From NCBI GenBank assembly GCA_964458085.1, contig CAYWFF010000001.1:890-64889 (forward strand): a stretch of DNA of 64,000 bases. The letters are read 5' to 3'. The stretch comes from an uncultured Gammaproteobacteria bacterium (GTDB lineage Bacteria; Patescibacteriota; Microgenomatia; UBA8517). Shown one piece after another: positions 10,371 through 20,987 of the stretch. The notes under the pieces are model-generated. The model saw only the letters and a list, made by a program, of their open reading frames with translations. It had not been told where the DNA came from and did no database searches. The position numbers and the translations under genes are program-made. Positions within the stretch are counted from its first letter, which is position 1. Every line of letters begins with the position of its first letter.

Positions 10371-12704
10371 ATGAAGAAAACAAGAAATAAAGGGTTAAAC
10401 TCTGTTTCGACTGAAGTTAAAAAACGAACCACTAAAAAGCAGGTAAAAAAAGTTACGGCTCAAAGACGAAAAGGAATTTTCACTTTCTTCCGGCGGAAAA
10501 AGAAAAAAAAGGACAATCAGATGTTGTCTCCAAAAGCACGAAAGATATATAACATTAAACGGGTAATATTTTTAAGCGTAGTTTTAGGCAGTTTCCTCTG
10601 GTTATTCTGGGGTGTACCTCTTCCGACACAACTATCATCCCAGCAAATTCCGGTTTCAACGAAACTGTTTGACCGCAACGGAGAACTTCTTTATGAAATA
10701 TATGCTGATAAGAGAAGCACGCCGGTGAAACTTGAAGAAATGCCTCCCTATATAGAGCAGGCTACAATTGCAATTGAAGACAAGGATTTTTACCGCCATT
10801 ACGGTGTCTCTTTCACCGGTATCGCCAGGGCTGCATACAACATAGCCTTCAAACAAAAACTTCAGGGCGGTTCGACATTAACCCAACAATTAGTAAAAAA
10901 CGCCTTACTTACTCCTGAGAGAACCTTAAGGCGTAAAGTTCGCGAACTTGCACTTACTCTTTTTGTGGAAACAATTTATTCCAAGCAAAAAATCATGGAT
11001 CTTTATCTAAATCAAATGCCTTACGGCGGAACTGCGTATGGAATCGGTGCAGCAAGCGAACTTTACTTTGCCAAATCAGCCAAAGATCTTTCACTTGCTG
11101 AAGCAAGTTTACTGGCAGGACTCTTAGCTTCACCGTCCCGCTATTCTCCTTTCGGCTCTCGTCCGGAACTTGCAAAAGACAGGCAATCTATTGTTTTAAG
11201 AAGAATGGTCGAAGACGGCTACATTTCCCAAGAAGAAGCAGATAATGCAATTGAAGAAGAATTGAAGTTTGCCAAAATTGATAATTTGAAAGCCCCCCAC
11301 TTTGCACTCTGGGTAAAAGAACAATTAGCAGAAAAATACGGTGAAGCGACTGTCGAGCGGGGCGGTTTAAGAGTAACAACAACACTTGATTTATCACTTC
11401 AAAATTTTGCACAAGACGCTGTAGCATCTGAAGTGGCTGAACTAATTGATTTCAATGTGGGTAACGGTGCAGCTTTGGTTACCCGTCCGCAAACCGGAGA
11501 AATATTGGCAATGGTTGGCTCAAAAGATTATTTTGCAACGGATGAAGACGGCCAGGTAAACATCATTTTTGCCCATCGCCAACCCGGATCATCTATAAAG
11601 CCATTGAACTATGCACTTGCAATCGAAGAAAAAAAGATAACTCCGGCAACCATCTTCGCTGATGTCCCCACCTGCTTTATAGTCTTTGGGGCATCTCCCT
11701 ATTGCCCTAAAAATTATGATGGTGGCTTTCATGGTGGCGTAGCAGCCCGTTTTGCTTTAGGTAATTCGTACAATATTCCTGCTGTTCGAACACTTGCTTT
11801 AAACGGTATTGAAAACTTTATGGATTTTGCAACTAAACTGGGTATATCCACTTTTACCGATCCTTCACGCTACGGTTTGTCGCTCACTCTCGGAGGCGGT
11901 GAAGTTATGCCGTATGACATGACACAAGCTTTCGGGACATTTGCCAACGGCGGCGTTAGACAACCGCTTATTCACATTCTAAAGGTAACCGACTGGCGCG
12001 GTAAAGTCCTGGAAGAAACAAAACTTGACGAATTAGAAGGCGAGCGAGTTCTTTCGCAGGGAACCGCATTCTTAATTTCTCATATTCTCCATGACAACAA
12101 TGCCCGAATTGCTGCATTTGGGTCAAATTCACTTCTTAATGTTAAGGGGCATCCTGAAGTATCTGTCAAAACAGGAACTACAAACGACAGAAGGGACAAC
12201 TGGACAATAGGTTTCACCCGCCACGCCGTAGTTACCGTGTGGGTAGGCAATAATGACAATAGTTCTATGTCAGGAGCAGTTTCGGGCGTGTCAGGAGCCT
12301 CTCCGATTTGGAACACAATTATGCAAAAAACTCTGGATAGAGTCGAAACCGGAATATATAGTGAAGAAGATAAAGAACATGGATGGCCGAGACAGCCGAA
12401 AGACGTGGTGGGACGAGAGGTGTGCGCATCAACTGGAATCATTCCTCGGGAAGGTGAAAGCTGCGGTACACGCTTTGAATATTTCCTGGCAGACTACCTG
12501 CCCACCGAATTTAAAGGTGGTATACAGGATGTCCACTTTGATAAAACTACAGGTGGTTTTATTAACGAACAAACACCACCAGAAAATATCGAAGTACGTC
12601 AAAATAGCGTCATGTATGATCCCCTGGGAACTTTTCTCTGTGTCGACTGCGGAATACCGTCATCTTCTCAGTCGGCAACTATTCGTTACCCTTTAGAAAA
12701 CTAA
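10371..12704 (+). CDS. class A penicillin-binding protein (transglycosylase + transpeptidase)
   Basis: Lys-rich cytoplasmic tail, TM, GT51 motif GGSTLTQQLVKN, transpeptidase SSIKP (SxxK), SYN (SxN-like), KTGTT; 777 aa. Confidence 0.85.
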   Translation: MKKTRNKGLNSVSTEVKKRTTKKQVKKVTAQRRKGIFTFFRRKKKKKDNQMLSPKARKIYNIKRVIFLSVVLGSFLWLFWGVPLPTQLSSQQIPVSTKLFDRNGELLYEIYADKRSTPVKLEEMPPYIEQATIAIEDKDFYRHYGVSFTGIARAAYNIAFKQKLQGGSTLTQQLVKNALLTPERTLRRKVRELALTLFVETIYSKQKIMDLYLNQMPYGGTAYGIGAASELYFAKSAKDLSLAEASLLAGLLASPSRYSPFGSRPELAKDRQSIVLRRMVEDGYISQEEADNAIEEELKFAKIDNLKAPHFALWVKEQLAEKYGEATVERGGLRVTTTLDLSLQNFAQDAVASEVAELIDFNVGNGAALVTRPQTGEILAMVGSKDYFATDEDGQVNIIFAHRQPGSSIKPLNYALAIEEKKITPATIFADVPTCFIVFGASPYCPKNYDGGFHGGVAARFALGNSYNIPAVRTLALNGIENFMDFATKLGISTFTDPSRYGLSLTLGGGEVMPYDMTQAFGTFANGGVRQPLIHILKVTDWRGKVLEETKLDELEGERVLSQGTAFLISHILHDNNARIAAFGSNSLLNVKGHPEVSVKTGTTNDRRDNWTIGFTRHAVVTVWVGNNDNSSMSGAVSGVSGASPIWNTIMQKTLDRVETGIYSEEDKEHGWPRQPKDVVGREVCASTGIIPREGESCGTRFEYFLADYLPTEFKGGIQDVHFDKTTGGFINEQTPPENIEVRQNSVMYDPLGTFLCVDCGIPSSSQSATIRYPLEN

Positions 12705-12743
12705 TTCTTCACTATTTCCGTCAAGGCTGATATAATAGTCAAA

Positions 12744-15686
12744 GTGGCTCCAGCCCGGAATAATTTATCAGATGAAAAATATGCCCCCTCACCTGTCGAG
12801 ACAAGTCTTTATCTAATAAAAAGACTCCTGGTTTTTATTGGTAGCCCACTTTATCATGTCACTTTTATCTTCCTTAAACTAATCTCTAACGGATTTATTA
12901 TTACAGGACTATATCTTACTAGCATGATACGCCATATAAATAAATCTATTTCCAAACTTGGCTCTTGGCAGGAGCTTTTTAAAAAATCAGGGCTCGAAAA
13001 AACATTAAAAGATGTTAAAAAACCTGCAGTATCAGAAGTGTTGGAAAAAATGGAAACTCCTTTTGAAGTCTTTAGCCGCATTCTCAGAACGCAGATATAT
13101 TTGCTTAATCGAAAAAATTACAAATATCATAAATATTTTGCCAAAAGTTTATCTTCAGTTTCAATATCTTTAAAATCATCCCCTAAAAACACCGTTTTTA
13201 GAAATACGTTTCGTAATCTTATCAAAGTCTGGCATGACTTCTATTCAGCTATAAATCCTGTATTTTTTCGGATTAGTAAAATCAGCAAATTAAAAGTTAA
13301 GGAATTCCATACCACATTACTGCCACACATTTCCCGCAAAAAAGGGTCGGTTTCACAAAATTTCGGTAATATTTTCCACATAATTCCTGCCCACACCAAA
13401 AGAGTAAAGAATACGTTTAACTTTTGGAGCAAAAAAGGCATAGAAAAAAGTACCACAGTTAAACAACAGGTCAGGAAAAATATAGTAAAAACCGGAAAAA
13501 TACTTAATCCTTTTTTCGTTCTTTCAATTTTTTGGCTAAAATGGAAATTACTTTTTACCCGTATTCCCAGGTTTCCCCGAATTAACTTCAGAAGATCAAT
13601 TCTTCTAATTGCATCGTTTTTATTGGTTGTGACTTCGATTTCCTTAGCACTATATCTGTCTTGGGTTTACCTGACTATTGATTTACCGTCCCCCAACGAA
13701 CTATCAACTAGAAAAATTGACGTAACTACTAAAATATTTGACAGAAACGGACTACTTCTTTACAAAGTCTATGCTGATGAAAACAGAACTCCGGTAAAAC
13801 TTTCCGAAATTCCCAGGCACGTCATCACTTCAACTCTTGCAATAGAAGATTCGGAGTTCTACTCTCATCCGGGATTTTCTATCAGAGGCATCCTACGCTC
13901 TGCTAAACGCAATATTGAGCGCGGAGAACTAACAGGCGGATCAACTATAACCCAGCAGTTAGTAAAAAATACCCTTCTTTCCTCTGAAAAAACTTTTACC
14001 CGAAAAATCAGAGAGCTTATTTTGGCGGTACAGGTCGAGTTGAATTATTCAAAAGACGAAATATTAGAAATGTATTTATCTGAAGTTTCCTACGGAGGCA
14101 CTGCTTACGGTATTCAGGAGGCATCAAGAATGTATTTTGATAAAGATGTCGGAGAATTAACCATCGCTGAAGCCGCTCTCTTAGCAGGAATTCCCAGAAG
14201 CCCTACTAACTATTCACCTTTTGGTGTCCACCCGGAAACAGCTGCAGCCCGGCAAAAAGAGGTTTTACGGCTAATGGAAATAAACGGTTATATATCCAAA
14301 AAAGAGAAGGGTGAAGCAGAGGCGGAAAAACTAGTCTATGCGAAAAATGTTGTTGACATAAAAGCACCGCATTTTGTGATGTATGTTAGAGAAAAGTTGG
14401 AAAAAAAATACGGTAAAGAAGTAGTTGCTAAAGGAGGCCTCCAGATTGTTTCAACACTAGACTATGAAATTCAGACTATGGCTGAAAAAATAGTAGCGGA
14501 AGAAGCTGCAAAACTCGAAAAGCTTCACGCCACAAACGCCGGAGCAATCATTATGAATCCGAAAAACGGTGAGATCCTGGCAATGGTAGGTTCGAAAGAT
14601 TATTTTGCAACCGAACAGGACGGAAACGTAAATGTCACAACAGCTCTGCGTCAGCCAGGATCCTCTATTAAAATAGTTAATTACGCTTATGCTCTATCTC
14701 ATGGTTTTACGCCATCTTCTGTTATCGCAGACATACCTACATCTTTTTCCGTAGAAGGACAGCCGGCTTATGTACCGAAAAACTATGACGGCGGCTTTCG
14801 GGGAAATATAACTCTAAGAAGCGCACTTGCTGAATCACGAAACATTCCGGCAGTTAAAATCCTAGAATCTTACGGAGTTTCCCAAATGCTTCAGCTTGGA
14901 CAAAAAATGGGGATAACAACCTGGAACGATCCTTCCCGTTACGGCCTATCTTTAACTTTAGGCGGAGGCGAAGTTAAACTAATTGATCTGGCCCGAGTTT
15001 ACGCAACAGTTGCCAATTACGGCAAACGCCCTGAACTGACATCTGTAATATCTGCTGTAAATTATAAAGGCAAAACCTTAATAGACAATCGCTGTATCGA
15101 AAAATCTCCGTTAATTGCTGAAGCCAATGCTTCCGAAACCATTGCCTCAGCATCTGCGGTACGAACTGAACCCGCCACCGAGTGCGGAGGCGAACAAGTA
15201 CTGGAACCCGCAGTTGCCTATTTGCTCATTGATATATTAAAAGATAATTCAGCACGGACACCTGCGTTCGGATCAAATTCGCTTCTGGTAATTCCCAATC
15301 ATCCTGAAGTGGCGGTTAAAACCGGAACCAGCAATGATTTGAGGGATAATTTGACGGTCGGTTTTAACCAGGATTATTTGGTTGCGGTTTGGGTTGGCAA
15401 CAACGACAACACACCCATGGCACGTGTTGCTTCAGGCGTTACGGGTGCAACACCTATTTTTAACCGGATTATGACAACATTACTATCAGACAAAACTGCC
15501 AGGGAGTGGACAGCTCCACCGGGTGTTGTCCATATTTCAATTTGCAGTATTACGGGAACTCTTCCATGTGAGGGATGTCCCACCAAAACTGAATGGTTTT
15601 TGGACAATAATAAACCACAAAACCATTGTTCACCGGAATATTTTAAACGTAAAGAGAGCGGAGACAGAATCGCCCGGGAAAGATGA
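12744..15686 (+). CDS. class A penicillin-binding protein paralog; about 290-aa low-complexity N-terminal extension (true start uncertain)
   Basis: GGSTITQQLVKN, SSIKI, SRN, KTGTSND motifs; TM only at about residue 290; N-terminal region is K/I/F-rich. Confidence 0.7.
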   Translation: MAPARNNLSDEKYAPSPVETSLYLIKRLLVFIGSPLYHVTFIFLKLISNGFIITGLYLTSMIRHINKSISKLGSWQELFKKSGLEKTLKDVKKPAVSEVLEKMETPFEVFSRILRTQIYLLNRKNYKYHKYFAKSLSSVSISLKSSPKNTVFRNTFRNLIKVWHDFYSAINPVFFRISKISKLKVKEFHTTLLPHISRKKGSVSQNFGNIFHIIPAHTKRVKNTFNFWSKKGIEKSTTVKQQVRKNIVKTGKILNPFFVLSIFWLKWKLLFTRIPRFPRINFRRSILLIASFLLVVTSISLALYLSWVYLTIDLPSPNELSTRKIDVTTKIFDRNGLLLYKVYADENRTPVKLSEIPRHVITSTLAIEDSEFYSHPGFSIRGILRSAKRNIERGELTGGSTITQQLVKNTLLSSEKTFTRKIRELILAVQVELNYSKDEILEMYLSEVSYGGTAYGIQEASRMYFDKDVGELTIAEAALLAGIPRSPTNYSPFGVHPETAAARQKEVLRLMEINGYISKKEKGEAEAEKLVYAKNVVDIKAPHFVMYVREKLEKKYGKEVVAKGGLQIVSTLDYEIQTMAEKIVAEEAAKLEKLHATNAGAIIMNPKNGEILAMVGSKDYFATEQDGNVNVTTALRQPGSSIKIVNYAYALSHGFTPSSVIADIPTSFSVEGQPAYVPKNYDGGFRGNITLRSALAESRNIPAVKILESYGVSQMLQLGQKMGITTWNDPSRYGLSLTLGGGEVKLIDLARVYATVANYGKRPELTSVISAVNYKGKTLIDNRCIEKSPLIAEANASETIASASAVRTEPATECGGEQVLEPAVAYLLIDILKDNSARTPAFGSNSLLVIPNHPEVAVKTGTSNDLRDNLTVGFNQDYLVAVWVGNNDNTPMARVASGVTGATPIFNRIMTTLLSDKTAREWTAPPGVVHISICSITGTLPCEGCPTKTEWFLDNNKPQNHCSPEYFKRKESGDRIARER

Positions 15687-15687
15687 T

Positions 15688-16767
15688 TTAATTTGTACTT
15701 TTACTTTGGGCTTCAAATACAATTTCTGATAGCTTGGGAAGTACTTCATCCGCTTCTTTTTCTACAATTCCTTTACTCATAACAACCACTGCATAAGGTT
15801 TGCTACTGAAAACGATTCCTGCGTCGTTCACCACACGGACTTCGCGACCGAATTTATGAGCAATGGTAATTGAATCCGGAATTCCTTTAGGCAGCCAGTT
15901 TTCAAAATTGGTATCTGTTAAAAATCCCAACAATTCATCTCTATGTTCTAAAGTTAATATTTCGCCTTTATACAAAATCCGGAAAAATTGGCCAATGTCA
16001 TTTGGTGTAGTTGCATTATCGGAAAGGGACGTTTCATACATTCCAATTCTGGAAAGCGTTTCGTCAATAACCTTTTCTCCCACAATCCGTTTTAATGCAG
16101 CATATGCAGTATTGTCTGATTCTTTACCCATTAATTCTAAAAGTTCGCGATAAGTAAATTTCGTACCGTTTGGCCTCGTGCTTATTGAACCCGCACCTCC
16201 CCGTTTGTCCTGTGCTTCCAGTCGATATATTTCATTTAAACTCAATGTCCCTTTTTCAACTTCCCTGTAAACCGTTGCCATGAGAGGAAGTTTAATTAAA
16301 GATGCTGCCTCAAATTCTTCAGTTTCATACAGTCCATAATCATTTCCGTCAGTGAGGTCTACCACATACACTCCATATATCCCCGAATAATTATTAGTCA
16401 CCTCCCTTATTTTTTGCAACGTTTCATGACCGGCCTGACCAGGAGAATCACCTTCAATAATATATTTTTCTTCACCTAAAAAAGGTAAAGATGATAAGTT
16501 AAGCCTCGGTAGTTTTGGAACTTTCCAACCGCGGGAAGAGAGGGATAAGACAGAAGAGACGCTTGCTGTTAATAAAAGTAAACCAAAAATGATTCCCCGC
16601 TCTTTTATACCCCAAGGTTTTTTCAGTTCTTTGCGAGCACGTTTGTTTTCTGATTTTAAGTCTTTAAATTCTTTGGATTTGGGAAGCTTTTTTTTGGGAA
16701 GAACATCTTCCAATTCTTCTTCAAGTTCTTCAGGTTCTTTGGTTTTCTTTTTTTTGAAAAATCCCAT
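15688..16767 (-). CDS. class A beta-lactamase-family serine hydrolase, membrane-anchored
   Basis: K/E-rich N-terminus + TM, then ASLIK (SxxK), ESDN (SDN), HKFG (KxG-like) motifs. Confidence 0.5.
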   Translation of the reverse strand: MGFFKKKKTKEPEELEEELEDVLPKKKLPKSKEFKDLKSENKRARKELKKPWGIKERGIIFGLLLLTASVSSVLSLSSRGWKVPKLPRLNLSSLPFLGEEKYIIEGDSPGQAGHETLQKIREVTNNYSGIYGVYVVDLTDGNDYGLYETEEFEAASLIKLPLMATVYREVEKGTLSLNEIYRLEAQDKRGGAGSISTRPNGTKFTYRELLELMGKESDNTAYAALKRIVGEKVIDETLSRIGMYETSLSDNATTPNDIGQFFRILYKGEILTLEHRDELLGFLTDTNFENWLPKGIPDSITIAHKFGREVRVVNDAGIVFSSKPYAVVVMSKGIVEKEADEVLPKLSEIVFEAQSKSTN

Positions 16768-16887
16768 GGCTCATTGTAACAGATTTATTTTTTCAATCCG
16801 AAGCTGAACCCTTAAGGTTTAAAAGTATTCATTAGAATTACGTCAAAAAAAATATCCGACTACACACAATGCTGTTATAATATTACT

Positions 16888-17625
16888 GTGGAAAACAATT
16901 CCGATTTTTCTGCAACACCAGAGACAACACAAACAAAACTTTCCAAATCTTTCAAAGCAGTCCAACAGACCCTTGGAATAAGAAGCAAGGTGGACCAAAT
17001 AGCTCTAATTCAGTCTGACCAGTACGATGCTTTACCTGTAGCAACCAAAAGCATAGTTACCGGAAAAGTAAGTTCGATAGTCCACATTCCTCCATTCTCG
17101 ACAGAAGCCGGTAACCCAGATTATCCATTAACCCACGAGCTAGCTCATATCGCATTAATTGATTCAGGAATTCCAACTACAAAACTTGGCATGATAATTG
17201 AAGAAGGGCTGGCTGAAAACATTGCTTTACAAACTGCTCCTGGAGAGTTCCGTAAACGTGTCCTAAAAGAAATAAGTATACTGTCACCGAATTTTGAAGA
17301 AACTGTAAAAAAAGAATTGGCTGGAAACGATGCTGAAAATTTATACATCGGTGGCGGTATTGACCGCCATGATGGTACAGCAAAACTTTATACCATTACC
17401 CACATTGTCGGGACAAATTTCATTGCGCATGTATTGAAAGATAAAATATCCGCTTGGCCTGTAATTATACAAAATCCACCCACAGCTGAAGAATTATGCT
17501 ATCCGGAAAAATATCTGGAGAAAATGCTTGAAAAGATAGAGGCTTATTTACCAGAGACAATCATACCAAAAGAAATAGCTTTGGCCTCAACCGACATTAC
17601 CCATCCGGATAACCGGATAATATAA
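16888..17625 (+). CDS. hypothetical protein with HExxH motif
   Basis: LTHELAHIAL contains HExxH; otherwise unrecognised. Confidence 0.35.
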   Translation: MENNSDFSATPETTQTKLSKSFKAVQQTLGIRSKVDQIALIQSDQYDALPVATKSIVTGKVSSIVHIPPFSTEAGNPDYPLTHELAHIALIDSGIPTTKLGMIIEEGLAENIALQTAPGEFRKRVLKEISILSPNFEETVKKELAGNDAENLYIGGGIDRHDGTAKLYTITHIVGTNFIAHVLKDKISAWPVIIQNPPTAEELCYPEKYLEKMLEKIEAYLPETIIPKEIALASTDITHPDNRII

Positions 17626-17745
17626 ATTACTTTTTAACATTTTCCCTCAAAACCCCTTTACATTTAGCTACTTCGAAAAAAACAGGAAGGAAGAGACTTT
17701 AAAATAAATGGGGTTCAGCAGATTACCCTCAAAATTTGTAAATAC

Positions 17746-18990
17746 TTAACTTTTCTTCGGGCGAATTAATATTTTTCCGTCTACGCTTTGTTTTGCCTCA
17801 ATTGTACTTGTACTTATTCCTGATATTTTTCCAATTTCATCTTTTTCAAAAAGTTCGGACACACTGTCTTTAAAGTTTTGCAGACCAATCTCTGCCTCTT
17901 GATCAGATATGGTTTGAGGAAGTGTCAGTCCTTTGATTCCGAATTTAAAAGCTAAAGCCTTATATAAAGATTCTAATTCCTGCTGAGGAGTCTGATCACC
18001 AATTTTTTCCCACTCTGTATCGACAATTCTAACTTCGCCTGATTCAGTAATCATGATATTTTCCCATCCTTTAGCAGTCACCAGATCTCCGTGAACTCTT
18101 TGCCCTCTTACGTGGTACTCGGCAACCTTGTCTAGTAGCTGCTGCCCCTGATCTTTTGTAAGCATCCCAACCATAGCTCGATGTTCAAGATCTTCTTGTA
18201 TTACAGCAACTTTTTCTTCATTAATTCCTGATAAGGTGTCCGAACTTTTTATGCCATGATGTGTGGGATTTTGACGCATTTCTCGAATTTGCTTTTCGAT
18301 CTTATCCATTTTTTCCTGGATTATCTCACTAACTTTTCTGCCTTTTATTTTTTCCATCTTATAACCATTAACAATTGCGCCTTCAAATACAGGAAGGCCT
18401 CCAGCACCATTCATCTTGCGCATAAATTCAACTTCAAAGTAAGAAAATGCAGAATTTGGTTCGTTAAACACTTTTGCGACTGAATCCTCCCCTGCGCTAT
18501 AGACATTTGACCATTTTCCACCCGCAAGCCTATCCCCATACATTTCCCTTACCTGTGAATAAAAGGCTGTTTGTTCTGTAGGTAGATTTAAGGTTGGCAT
18601 ACCACCTTCAAATGTCTCCCCAGCTCTAAGCGGCCGATATTCTTCCATCTGCTGTTCTTTACCTGTAGTTTTTTCCTCACTAAAGTTGTCCCACTTATTT
18701 AAGTCATCTGTTCCCTCTTGCGGGACGAATGGTTCTTTTGGTTCCGCCACCGGCTGCTGCATGGCCATGATATCCTCCGGAGTAAGCTTAGACATTTGGG
18801 TAAGTATGTCATTAGGAGGCTCTTCTTCTTTTCTAAATCGCCCAGCCAAGTCATCCAGCCACTTTTTCCCTCGTGCGGTTAAGCGACTCAAACTGTTAGG
18901 CTGTTTTTCAGCTGGCAGTTCAGGTTTCTGAATTCGTTCTCCTTTTATCTCAGTTACTGGAGTTTCCACTTGGTCTAGATCATCTGTCAT
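17746..18990 (-). CDS. acidic protein with C-terminal atypical kinase-like motif
   Basis: HGDLVTAKGWENIMI...IVDTEW resembles the HGDLxxxNIl catalytic loop + DFG-like Asp of RIO/Kdo-kinase/APH-like folds; rest is acidic, low complexity. Confidence 0.35.
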   Translation of the reverse strand: MTDDLDQVETPVTEIKGERIQKPELPAEKQPNSLSRLTARGKKWLDDLAGRFRKEEEPPNDILTQMSKLTPEDIMAMQQPVAEPKEPFVPQEGTDDLNKWDNFSEEKTTGKEQQMEEYRPLRAGETFEGGMPTLNLPTEQTAFYSQVREMYGDRLAGGKWSNVYSAGEDSVAKVFNEPNSAFSYFEVEFMRKMNGAGGLPVFEGAIVNGYKMEKIKGRKVSEIIQEKMDKIEKQIREMRQNPTHHGIKSSDTLSGINEEKVAVIQEDLEHRAMVGMLTKDQGQQLLDKVAEYHVRGQRVHGDLVTAKGWENIMITESGEVRIVDTEWEKIGDQTPQQELESLYKALAFKFGIKGLTLPQTISDQEAEIGLQNFKDSVSELFEKDEIGKISGISTSTIEAKQSVDGKILIRPKKS

Positions 18991-19355
18991 GGTGTGGCTA
19001 CTTTCTTATTAACTACTTTTTCTAAATACTCCTGCATTTTTTGGTGGGCTTCTTCAAACTTCTGCTGTTTTACTAAACCGTCTACCTCTGTCATCACTAC
19101 TGGTTTCTCCACATTTTCATATTCGGCTATATGTTTATTTACAATTGCCGCCAGCTCATAAAATTCATCATCAAGCATTAGGACAATTTCCTGAAGTTTA
19201 TCTTCAGGAGTACTCTGCGGAAGGGCTTGCAAAACAAACTTTGCAATTTGCGAAGCTCTAGCCAGGCCCATTTCCTGATTTTCTAGTTTTTCGATGAGAA
19301 GCCCGGCAATTTCAGTTTCCAGTTTTTCTAATTCTAAGTTTGGTTGTGTAATCAT
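18987..19355 (-). CDS. hypothetical acidic protein
   Basis: ORF overlaps downstream gene by 4 bp (operon). Confidence 0.35.
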   Translation of the reverse strand: MITQPNLELEKLETEIAGLLIEKLENQEMGLARASQIAKFVLQALPQSTPEDKLQEIVLMLDDEFYELAAIVNKHIAEYENVEKPVVMTEVDGLVKQQKFEEAHQKMQEYLEKVVNKKVATP

Positions 19356-19399
19356 AAAGCTATTAAATCTAAAGTATTGTGTTTTGTTAAAACTTAAAC

Positions 19400-20446
19400 T
19401 TATTCTCCAGAAGTAACCAGGTGGTTTGGTTTTAAATTTTCAACTATTTTTTCCGCCTTACGGATGTGAAGATAATGTTCTCGAGCTTTTTTATAGGCAT
19501 CTGGATTACGAAACAGTCTTTGAGTTTCCTCATCTACAAAATCAGCGGTTTTATTCTTAGTTTCTATATTTTGCGATGTCTCGGCAACATACTTTCCAGC
19601 CATAATTTGATTTAATTTGTCTAATCTTGCTGCCTCATTCACCACGGCATTTAAAGTATGTAATTCATCTGGAGTTATGTTCTGGAAATTCCTATTTACC
19701 GCTTGTTCTGCTAGTGCCGTCAATTCATGTATTGACTTAGCTTCATCAAGTACCGGTTCCAACTCTTCCTTTCTTCTTCTTAACTCTTCATTTTGTAGTC
19801 TTCTGTAAGCACTAACCCAATCCTTAGGCGGAGGTATAACTTCGTTATGTGTATCGTCTGGCAGATCTTCAAATTGCTCAGCTTCCATACCATAAACAAA
19901 ATAAGCGCTGTCAGCTTCCTCATTTACCTCTTCCATCAAAGTCTGAAAAGCTTCAGTCGGAGTAAGTGTAGCAATTTCTCTTAGTACTTCCTCCTCATCC
20001 GGAATCATTGTCTCGGTAAAAGCTTTTTTCAAAGGTTCGCCCCGGACACGTTTCAGAAACTCAATAGCTTCCGGAGTAGCACCAGACTTTCCAAAAATTT
20101 CAGAAGCCTCTTCTTCATACTGCTCTGGATTGTCTGAACTTAGCCAATTCCACACTGTTTCACTGTCTTTTAAAGGATTGTTATTTTCATAGACTGCATC
20201 TTCCAGACGCTTCAACAATTGCTGTAATCCACTTTTGTCAGTCCGAGCTATATCTATTAAACTTTGCAGTTCATCTAAATATCGATTATTAAACCGATCT
20301 GTAACTTCAGCGATCGCATTTTGAGTACCTTTCATAATTTCTCCCGGAGTCAAATGTACAATTTCTTTAGAACTTTCTTGTCCACCAGTAATTTCAGTAT
20401 CTTGTGCCATGTTTCTAATTGTTATATTTGCTATCCTATCCGTCAA
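19400..20446 (-). CDS. hypothetical acidic cytoplasmic protein
   Basis: 348-aa ORF heading three-gene operon. Confidence 0.4.
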   Translation of the reverse strand: MTDRIANITIRNMAQDTEITGGQESSKEIVHLTPGEIMKGTQNAIAEVTDRFNNRYLDELQSLIDIARTDKSGLQQLLKRLEDAVYENNNPLKDSETVWNWLSSDNPEQYEEEASEIFGKSGATPEAIEFLKRVRGEPLKKAFTETMIPDEEEVLREIATLTPTEAFQTLMEEVNEEADSAYFVYGMEAEQFEDLPDDTHNEVIPPPKDWVSAYRRLQNEELRRRKEELEPVLDEAKSIHELTALAEQAVNRNFQNITPDELHTLNAVVNEAARLDKLNQIMAGKYVAETSQNIETKNKTADFVDEETQRLFRNPDAYKKAREHYLHIRKAEKIVENLKPNHLVTSGE

Positions 20447-20981
20447 TAACTACAATAATTATATGTTTTTGGGAAATGAAGAAAAGTATCATTTAAATAC
20501 TCTTTTGAAAACAGGACTTTTTGAGAGAGCTGAAATGCTTGAGTATAAAAAAACAAATGAGCTGGCAAAAACACTCATTGAAAAAGCGGACGCGCTAACA
20601 CAGGAAGAATATTCTAAAGTAGTTATGGAAATAATGAAAGATTACGGCTTATATTTTGAATTAACATCTGAAACCAGCGTGGCAGATCTTTTGAGCTATT
20701 TGGCTAATTCAGTTTATGAAAGCGGATATCACCCAAAAGACCAAACCGTTACCTTCCTCGGAAAATCTTTTAAAGATATAAAAATTAAACCCTATCAAGT
20801 GGTTAAGTTTATAAAAACTCAAAAGCTCAATCAGTTGCTAACAGAAGAGCGAGGATTATATCTTCAGGAAGTAAAGATACGAGAAGGTGCCAGCGGATTT
20901 TATCTTTTAAAATATGGTGTTAAGTTTGATAAAAACGAAACAGAATTTCTGAAATTTGTAAAGGGAAAAATTTTTAGTTAA
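20409..20981 (+). CDS. hypothetical protein
   Basis: 190-aa ORF, divergent to 19400-20446 with 38-bp overlap of starts. Confidence 0.35.
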   Translation: MFLIVIFAILSVNNYNNYMFLGNEEKYHLNTLLKTGLFERAEMLEYKKTNELAKTLIEKADALTQEEYSKVVMEIMKDYGLYFELTSETSVADLLSYLANSVYESGYHPKDQTVTFLGKSFKDIKIKPYQVVKFIKTQKLNQLLTEERGLYLQEVKIREGASGFYLLKYGVKFDKNETEFLKFVKGKIFS

Positions 20982-20987
20982 GAAATT

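Noticed and set aside
12744-13600. Treating the 12744 ATG as the certain start of the second PBP
   Set aside because: The 290-codon low-complexity N-terminal extension may be a long-ORF artefact in AT-rich DNA. It is kept as annotated with the start flagged as uncertain.
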